A program made the translations under genes and the position numbers. Shown here in pieces: positions 57,761 through 64,000 of a stretch of DNA of 64,000 nt (position 1 is the stretch's first letter; each line of letters starts with the position of its first letter). The DNA lies in the NCBI GenBank assembly GCA_963841435.1, contig CAWJCS010000001.1:192001-256000 (forward strand), read 5' to 3'. The notes under the pieces were generated by a model that was not told the DNA's origin, did not search any database, and saw only the letters and a program-made list of their open reading frames with translations. Source of the DNA: an uncultured delta proteobacterium. Its GTDB lineage: Bacteria > Myxococcota_A > Polyangia > Polyangiales > Polyangiaceae.

Positions 57761-58806
57761 AGCGCCACCCGCGCGTGGCGCCCGCTCAGGTACTGCATGG
57801 TCTGCGCCGTGAGCATCAGCGCCGCGTCGACCGTGGTCTCGCGCTCGGACTGACCGAGGTGCAGATCGAGCTCGCGGCAGCGCTTGATCATCTCGCCGAG
57901 CACGAGGTCGACGGTGTACGTGTACTCGCCCGTCCACTCCGCCACGCGACGCCGGAGCTCGGTGCGGTGCGAGCGCAGGAACGCCGATGCCGACTGGCGG
58001 CTGCGGTGGCGCGGTGCATCCGAGAAGAGGCGACGCAGCGCCTGGTCGTACACCTCGGGATGGTCCGTCTCGTAGCGAGCGCGCTTCTTCTTGTAGTGCT
58101 GGGCGAGCGTCTGCGTGAGCGACGAGAGCGGCTCGTGCGCCTGGCGCGTCGTGACGAGCGGCTTTTTGGCGGCGATCTCCTGCATGAGCTCGTCCACGTA
58201 TTCGAGCTTTTTCAGCGCCGGCCAGCCCTGGTAGCGCGAGCGCCAGCGCGAGCCCGGCCGGAGCCACACCGCGAACGTCTCGGCGAAGTCCTCGCTCGGG
58301 TGGCTCTGCGCGTACCAGTAGTCGAGGTGGAGCACGAAGCGCTTGCTGTAGGCGCGTGGCGAATACTCGTCCGGGTAGCGCTGTGAGGCTCGACCGAACA
58401 GCTCGCGCCATCGCCCGCGGCGCGACAGCCGGTACGCCGTGTCGAGCGCGTGCCCGGCCTCGTGCCGCAGGATGCGCAGACACGTTTGGCTCGAGCCACC
58501 CTCGACGTCCAACATCTGCCGCTTTTCGAGCAGCATGAGGCGAGGATGGCAGAGATAGAACGGCACCGCGACCCCCGGAATGCCGTGCGGGCTGAACCAC
58601 TCCGTGGAAACCCAAAAGTGCGGGCGAAAAGCGATACCGCGACCCGCGAGCTCGTGGAGCAAGCGCTTGATGCCACGACGCAAGAACGCGCCGCCGAGAT
58701 CGACCTGCAGATCGCAGAGGCGAAGCTCGAGAAGCTCCTCGTCGGACCAACGCTCCCAGCGTGGGCGGCGACGTTGCCGCGAGCTCGAATCCTTCCGGGC
58801 AGTCAC
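57757..58806 (-). CDS. Putative zinc-binding metallopeptidase (Peptidase_Mx-like)
   Basis: ILRHEAGHA and YAQSHPSEDFAETFAVW; overlaps the ATP-grasp start. Start uncertain. Confidence 0.85.
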   Translation of the reverse strand: MTARKDSSSRQRRRPRWERWSDEELLELRLCDLQVDLGGAFLRRGIKRLLHELAGRGIAFRPHFWVSTEWFSPHGIPGVAVPFYLCHPRLMLLEKRQMLDVEGGSSQTCLRILRHEAGHALDTAYRLSRRGRWRELFGRASQRYPDEYSPRAYSKRFVLHLDYWYAQSHPSEDFAETFAVWLRPGSRWRSRYQGWPALKKLEYVDELMQEIAAKKPLVTTRQAHEPLSSLTQTLAQHYKKKRARYETDHPEVYDQALRRLFSDAPRHRSRQSASAFLRSHRTELRRRVAEWTGEYTYTVDLVLGEMIKRCRELDLHLGQSERETTVDAALMLTAQTMQYLSGRHARVAL

Positions 58807-59164
58807 GGCTCGACACGCTCTTTTGGCAGACCGGCGCGGCGGGCGCAAACCCAGCGCGGGCGTGAGCCGGGACCGGGCCGTTAGCCGATGCGCTCGAAGG
58901 CGACCAGGCAGGCCGGGTCGCCCCGGCGCATGCGCTCGAGCTCGTGGATCTCGAGCACCTCACCGAGCTGCTTTTCGAGACGGCGCCCTTATCCGGAGCG
59001 TGCTCGGGCTCGCCGCGCTCGGGGGGGCGCTCGCTCGCCATGCTTTTCGGGATTTCGCGCGCGTTTTGCTCGTTCGAGCAGGACCGGGCTGCTCGCCGCT
59101 CGGTTGCCGAGACGACGCAGGGTAGGCTGGGGTGGCCGGGCGCGCCGGCTTGCTTGAAGCACCA

Positions 59165-59989
59165 ATGATCGAACCGCTCCTCTTCACTGCCACCCAGGTC
59201 GTCACGTTCCACGGCCAGCAGCAGCTGACCAATGCCACGGGCTTCTTCTTCGAACGCGACGAACGCCTCTACCTCGTGACGAGCCGTCACGTCCTGCGTG
59301 ACGAGCCGACCGGGCACTTCCCCGATCGCATCGAGCTCGAACTCATCAGCAATCCGGAGAACGTCGCTGAGTCCACGAGCTGCTCGCTGCCGCTCTACGC
59401 CGACGGGCGTGGCTTGTGGGTGCAGGGCCTCGACGCCGCGGGCGGCGTCGACGTCGCGCTGTTGGAGCTCGACCGGCGGGCACTCCCACCGACGTTCGTG
59501 TACCGGGCGTTCACCCCCGAGCACCTGTTCCCGGGCTTCGATCACGTGGATGTCGGAACGCCGCTCCTCGTCATCGGCTTCCCGCTCGGCTTTCACGACA
59601 CGCTCCACCACGTCCCCGTCGCGCGCCAGGCCATCGTGGCGTCGTCGTTCGGGCTCAGGTTCCAGGGGCAAGGCTACTTCCTCACCGACGCCCGCACGCA
59701 CCGCGGCACGAGTGGCGCGCCCGTGGTGCTGCGCGCGCCCGCCATGGAGGGCCTCGGCGATCTTCCCTGGATCCTTCTCGGCGTGCACGCCTCGCGGGTC
59801 GACATCCCCACGCGCGATCAGCACCTCGACGAAGCGCTCGGTCTCAACTGCGCCTGGTATGCCGACATCTTGCTCACGCTCAGCGAACCCCCGGCCGCGG
59901 ACTCACCGGTTGCGGACTCCCCGGCCGCGGACTCCCCGCCCGCGGGCCCGCTCGCTGCGGAGCCGGAGGCCAAAGAACCCGCGTCGTGA
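59165..59989 (+). CDS. Trypsin-like serine protease without signal peptide
   Basis: ATGFF, VTSRHV (His), VDVALL (Asp), IGFP, RGTSGAPV (Ser), LLGVH. Confidence 0.85.
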   Translation: MIEPLLFTATQVVTFHGQQQLTNATGFFFERDERLYLVTSRHVLRDEPTGHFPDRIELELISNPENVAESTSCSLPLYADGRGLWVQGLDAAGGVDVALLELDRRALPPTFVYRAFTPEHLFPGFDHVDVGTPLLVIGFPLGFHDTLHHVPVARQAIVASSFGLRFQGQGYFLTDARTHRGTSGAPVVLRAPAMEGLGDLPWILLGVHASRVDIPTRDQHLDEALGLNCAWYADILLTLSEPPAADSPVADSPAADSPPAGPLAAEPEAKEPAS

Positions 59990-59995
59990 GCGGCC

Positions 59996-60958
59996 TCAGG
60001 CGAGTTCGGTGGGGCCGTGCGCCCGCAGCCACGCGAGAAGATCCCGAATGCTCGCGTGCGCCAGAGCGATCACGCTGTCGGCTGCGCCATAGTAGAGATT
60101 GAGCGTGTCACCGTCCGCCGCCACGGTGTAGCCGCAAGGAAAGACGACGTTCGGAACGTCACCTTCGCGCTCGTACGGGGCTTCGGGACCGAAGAGCCAG
60201 GGGCTGCCGCGCGCAATGCAGCGCTCGGGTTGGTCGAGCGCGAGCAGAGCCGCGCCGATCCGGTAGAGACTCCCCGACGCCGTGGTTCTGACCCCGTGAT
60301 AGAGCATGAGCCAGCCCTCTTTGGTCTCGATGAGCGGGGGCGAAAGGCCGACCTTGTTGGCGTCCCACCAGGAGCCCCGGCGCGCAGGGAGAACGAGCTT
60401 GTGCGTGCCCCAGTTGTGGAGATCGGGCGAGTACGAGATCCAAATGTGCGCCCCCGTGTCCGACATCGGCCGGTGAAGCAGGGCGAAGCTGCCGTCGATG
60501 CGCCGTGGCAGCAAGGCAGCGTCCTTGTCGTCGGGCTGCATGACGAGGCCGAAGCGCTCGAAGGTGCGAAAGTCCTGTGTGAGCGCGAGGGCCACGCCCG
60601 GCCCGCTGCGGCCGAACGCGGTGTAAGCGACGGCATACTTGCCGAGCTCCTCCATGTACGTGATGCGCGGATCCTCGATGCCCCAGAGCTCCTCGGGGAA
60701 CCCGTTCGGCGCGGGGCTGAGCGTCGGCTCCTCGTCGATCACGAAGCCATCGACGCCATTTTTGGAGCGAGCGGCGCTCAGATGAGAATGCCCGCGATGG
60801 TCCTCGACCCGGCAGAGCAAAAGGGTCGTGCCGTCGCGCAGCTTGGTGGCGGCGGCGTTGAACACGCTGTGGATGGGGTAGGGCCAGTCCGCGGCCGTGA
60901 GGATGGGGTTTGCCTCGTTCCGACGGAACAGGCCGGTTGGGCGGGGGGGACGCGTCAT
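59996..60958 (-). CDS. GH130-family glycosidase/mannoside phosphorylase
   Basis: NPIL, VFNAAA, GIEDPRI, DKDAAL, LHRP, WLMLYHGV, VPNVVFPCG, YYGAAD. Confidence 0.92.
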   Translation of the reverse strand: MTRPPRPTGLFRRNEANPILTAADWPYPIHSVFNAAATKLRDGTTLLLCRVEDHRGHSHLSAARSKNGVDGFVIDEEPTLSPAPNGFPEELWGIEDPRITYMEELGKYAVAYTAFGRSGPGVALALTQDFRTFERFGLVMQPDDKDAALLPRRIDGSFALLHRPMSDTGAHIWISYSPDLHNWGTHKLVLPARRGSWWDANKVGLSPPLIETKEGWLMLYHGVRTTASGSLYRIGAALLALDQPERCIARGSPWLFGPEAPYEREGDVPNVVFPCGYTVAADGDTLNLYYGAADSVIALAHASIRDLLAWLRAHGPTELA

Positions 60959-63234
60959 GAGCGGTCCCCTGCCCGGGCGATGCGCGCGTAGCCCGAGCTT
61001 TGCATCTCGGTGAGAGCGAGCAAAAACGAGAGTGTCGACTCCGCGCCCTGGTTCTCGTTGGGGCGATCCGCGTGCAGCCCGTCGCGGCAACCGCCGGTCG
61101 CGCCGTCGTAAAGCGGACGCTGGAGGTGATTTTTCCCGAGGAACCAGTCGAAGGCGCGGCAGGCGTTCTCCGCCCAGATCGGTTGCCTCGTTACGCGCAG
61201 GGCGTCGAGGCTCGCCGAAACCATGCTCGCCGCCTCGACGGGCTGCTGGTCGAACTCCGCCTTCGGGCCGCCGCGCGCATAAAAGCCGTTCGAGCCGATC
61301 GGCGAAAAGAGGTCGCGATCGCTCGTCTGCTGTTGCACGAGCCAGCTCAGGGAATCGAGTCCGATGCGCGTGACCGGTTCGGAGCCCATGGCGCTGCCCG
61401 AGATGATCAGCGCCTGTGGCAGCCGAGCGTTCGAGTACGTGACCACGCTCTCGAACCACGTCCAGTCGGGAGCACTGGCCTTGTTGAAGAGCTCGACGAG
61501 CCGGTCCACGAGATCCTTTCTAACGAGCTGAACGCCGCTATCGCCCTCGAATACGTGCAGATACTCGGCGACACCGAGCAGGCCGTACGCCCACGCGCGC
61601 GGGCTCGTGAGCTTGACGAGCTCGGGCAACGCCGCCTTGAACAGGTCACGCCCCAGGCTGCTGCGGCCGGGGTCCCCCGTGCGGCCGATGGTCGCCCCGA
61701 GCGCCCAGACGGCGTGGCCGTGGCTATCGTCTGAGCCGAGGTCCTCGGTGAAGTTTCGCTCGTAGGACATGAAATTGCGGAAGCGCCCGCGCCGTGCGTC
61801 GAACGCATAGGCGACGAACGCGAGGTAGCGCGTGGCAAGCTCGCGAATCAGCCGCGGGTTGATGGTGCCGGAGCCTTCGAGGAAAGCGGTCAACAGCAAG
61901 GCCCGAGCATTGTCGTCGAGGCAGTAGCCTTCGGCGTAGAGCGGCGTGGAATACGTTGCGTGCTGCAGCAGCCCGGTTTGGTCCGTGAGCCGCTGCAGGT
62001 GATCCAGGTTGAGCTCGGGTAGGTCCGGCGGCGGGATGGCGCCGGGCAAGAGCGAGTGTCGGGTACGGCGTTCCTGCTCGTACGCCTTCTCGAAGCTCTC
62101 GAGATAAAGGCCGGCCACGACGGGCCACGACATACTCTCGCCGAGCTCCGCGGCGCGGCGGCCCAGGGCATCGCGCTTCGCGTCGTCCGAAAACAGCGAG
62201 TTGACCGCGCTCGCCAGCGCCACGGCGTCGCGGGTGGGAACGAGGACCCCGCGCGAGTCGCCGAGCAGCTCACGCGCGTGCCAGTAGGGCGTCGAGACCA
62301 CGGCCTTGCCGGCGGCGATCGCTCGCGCGAGCGTGCCGGAGGTGCTCTGCTCCGGATTCAAATAGGGAGTGACGTACACATCGGCCGCGGCCAGATAGTC
62401 GGCGAGCTCGGTGTCGGTCACGAATCGATCGTGGAAGGAGACGTGTGCGCTGACGCCAAGCCTGCGCGCCTGCGCGGTGAGCGACGTGCGGTAGGCCTCG
62501 CCGTCGCGCTCGCGCACGTGCGGGTGGGTCGCGCCGAGCACGACGAACACGGCGTCCGGGTGCTGCGCGAGGATGGCCGGCATGGCGTCGATCACGTATT
62601 CGAGCCCCTTGTCGGGCGAGAGCAGGCCGAACGTGAGGAGCACGCGCTTGTCCGCGAAACCGAGGCGCTCCTTGTTGCCAGGCACGCTCGTCGTGCTCGG
62701 AATGCCGTGCGGAATGACGTCGATGACGTTGTCGAAAACCCCGTGAAGCTCGCGCAGCGTCTGCCGACCGTGACTACTCATCACGACGACGCGCTCCGAG
62801 AGCGCAATGACCTCTTCCAGGCACCCGCGCTGCTCGGGCGTGGGCGCGGTCAGGATGGTGTGGAGCGTCGTCACGACGGGCATCTTGAGCTCGCGCAGCA
62901 GCGTGATGACGTGGCTGCCCGCCTCCCCGCCGAAGATGCCGTACTCGTGCTGCAGCGAGACGATGTTGACGGAGCTCGCATTCAGAAACTGGCCCGCACG
63001 CCGATAGCCGGCCAGCTCGGCCTCGTCGATCTCGAAGCGCACGCGCTCGGGGTAGATGTGGGACTGGCCGATGTCGTTCATGGCGACGACCTGGCAGTCC
63101 GCCTTCGGCGCGACGCCGGCGACGGCCGCGCTCAAATCCGACGTGAACGTCGCGATGCCGCAGCGGCGCGGCAGATGATTGCCGACGAACGCGAGCTTCT
63201 GAAGCGATCGGCGCCCCGGAGCACGAGCGGTCAA
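60955..63234 (-). CDS. GT4 glycosyltransferase fused to a C-terminal alpha/alpha-barrel domain
   Basis: PRRCGIATF, QHEYGIFGG, TFGLLSPDKG, SGTL, STPYWHA; C-terminal GLLQHA..YCLDDNARAL..NQGAEST. Confidence 0.92.
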   Translation of the reverse strand: MTARAPGRRSLQKLAFVGNHLPRRCGIATFTSDLSAAVAGVAPKADCQVVAMNDIGQSHIYPERVRFEIDEAELAGYRRAGQFLNASSVNIVSLQHEYGIFGGEAGSHVITLLRELKMPVVTTLHTILTAPTPEQRGCLEEVIALSERVVVMSSHGRQTLRELHGVFDNVIDVIPHGIPSTTSVPGNKERLGFADKRVLLTFGLLSPDKGLEYVIDAMPAILAQHPDAVFVVLGATHPHVRERDGEAYRTSLTAQARRLGVSAHVSFHDRFVTDTELADYLAAADVYVTPYLNPEQSTSGTLARAIAAGKAVVSTPYWHARELLGDSRGVLVPTRDAVALASAVNSLFSDDAKRDALGRRAAELGESMSWPVVAGLYLESFEKAYEQERRTRHSLLPGAIPPPDLPELNLDHLQRLTDQTGLLQHATYSTPLYAEGYCLDDNARALLLTAFLEGSGTINPRLIRELATRYLAFVAYAFDARRGRFRNFMSYERNFTEDLGSDDSHGHAVWALGATIGRTGDPGRSSLGRDLFKAALPELVKLTSPRAWAYGLLGVAEYLHVFEGDSGVQLVRKDLVDRLVELFNKASAPDWTWFESVVTYSNARLPQALIISGSAMGSEPVTRIGLDSLSWLVQQQTSDRDLFSPIGSNGFYARGGPKAEFDQQPVEAASMVSASLDALRVTRQPIWAENACRAFDWFLGKNHLQRPLYDGATGGCRDGLHADRPNENQGAESTLSFLLALTEMQSSGYARIARAGDRS

Positions 63235-63488
63235 GAGCCCTTACCTGCAGGCTGTTCTTCGGCTGGCGGCGCCCCCGACGCGCCGGGTGACTTCAGCGCG
63301 TCGACGAAGCGGTCGAGCTGCAGCTCGGCGTGCTTCTTCTGGATGCCGTAGTGGCGCTCGAGCGCCTCGACGAGTAGCTCGCGCTTGCCGCTCGGTGACG
63401 CGAGGTCCTCGTCGGTGAGCTTGTTCCACTTGTCCTTCAGCGAAGTGCCTAGCTTCGGCCACGCGCCTGCAACTTCTTCCCAGTTCAT
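63231..63488 (-). CDS. CsbD-family stress protein
   Basis: MNWEEVAGAW..LKDKWNKLTDEDL..GKRE.LV..L..HYG. Confidence 0.85.
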   Translation of the reverse strand: MNWEEVAGAWPKLGTSLKDKWNKLTDEDLASPSGKRELLVEALERHYGIQKKHAELQLDRFVDALKSPGASGAPPAEEQPAGKGS

Positions 63489-63769
63489 TTCGGAATCTCC
63501 TGTGCGCGCCATCGCGGCTGCAAACGACGGCCGCCGCCGGCCGAAACCCGACCGAGCGCGGCACCCGAGGTCGGGCCCCATCGCCGAGTGGTGCTCGTTT
63601 TCGCCCGGAGCGCCTCGCGCTCGTCACGCGTGAAAAGCCGGGCCTGCGGATCCCGAAAACGAGAGGCGCGACCATAGCTCGCCACCCGGCCCCCGCACAC
63701 CCTTTCTTTTCGAGCGTCGCGACGCGACTCGACAATGGCGAGCAGTTCTCGTCTCTTGAGCCCGCGGCG

Positions 63770-64000
63770 CTAGCGCGCGCGCCACTCGTAGCGCACGAGC
63801 TGCGGCACGAAGCCCAGGCGGCGAAAAGCCGCCCGTGCGTCGCGATTGAACGACCACGAGGTGAGCTCCACGTCCGTCACTTGGGCGAGGCGCGCCTGCT
63901 CGAGCACCCTTCCGACGAGCGCGCGTCCCACGCCCCGGCGCCGGTGCGACGCGCAAACTCCCACCTGGTCGAGCTCCCACCAGACTCGCTCGGGGCAGAA
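63770..64000 (-). CDS. GNAT-family acetyltransferase, 3' part (runs off the window)
   Basis: V..SHRRRGVGRAL motif A; WSFNRDARAAFRRLGF. Confidence 0.8.
   Translation of the reverse strand, partial: FCPERVWWELDQVGVCASHRRRGVGRALVGRVLEQARLAQVTDVELTSWSFNRDARAAFRRLGFVPQLVRYEWRAR

Noticed and set aside
57761-59824. N-terminal extension making a 1035-aa ATP-grasp ORF
   Set aside because: The extension overlaps the peptidase in another frame and the protease on the opposite strand. The real start is ATG 57760.

Overview
A very GC-rich, gene-dense bacterial window that looks myxobacterial (Polyangiaceae/Sorangium-like). The signs are a MYXO-CTERM-type protein, DUF4215-like Cys repeats, a TIGR02266-like PilZ protein, a MXAN_5187-like C-terminal domain and many Gly-rich lipoproteins. 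It holds about 55 genes. Housekeeping and metabolic genes include gshA, copA, ppx, amt, ddl, rluA, ftsE-ftsX-envC-like, tal and an fmt-like gene. There are also carbohydrate enzymes (GH42, GH43, GH130, GT4, two GT-C-like), an ECF sigma/FecR module, an octaheme cytochrome and an Omp85-protease fusion. I saw no rRNA, tRNA, CRISPR array, transposase or integrase. Most interesting: (1) an orphan pair of type-III-secretion-like small proteins downstream of ftsEX-envC, one with a needle-like C-terminus (..SNILRARHETMKNAIGNFR), preceded by a C10 tract and followed by a 16-bp x3 repeat that builds a coupling uORF; (2) a homocysteine-methyltransferase-fold protein lacking all three Zn cysteines, placed directly before gshA; (3) a zinc-peptidase + Ddl-like ATP-grasp pair; (4) a 210-nt six-hairpin intergenic element; (5) perfect short tandem duplications at gene ends and a frameshifted lgt. 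All calls are by-eye motif recognition with no database searches, and many start codons are estimates.
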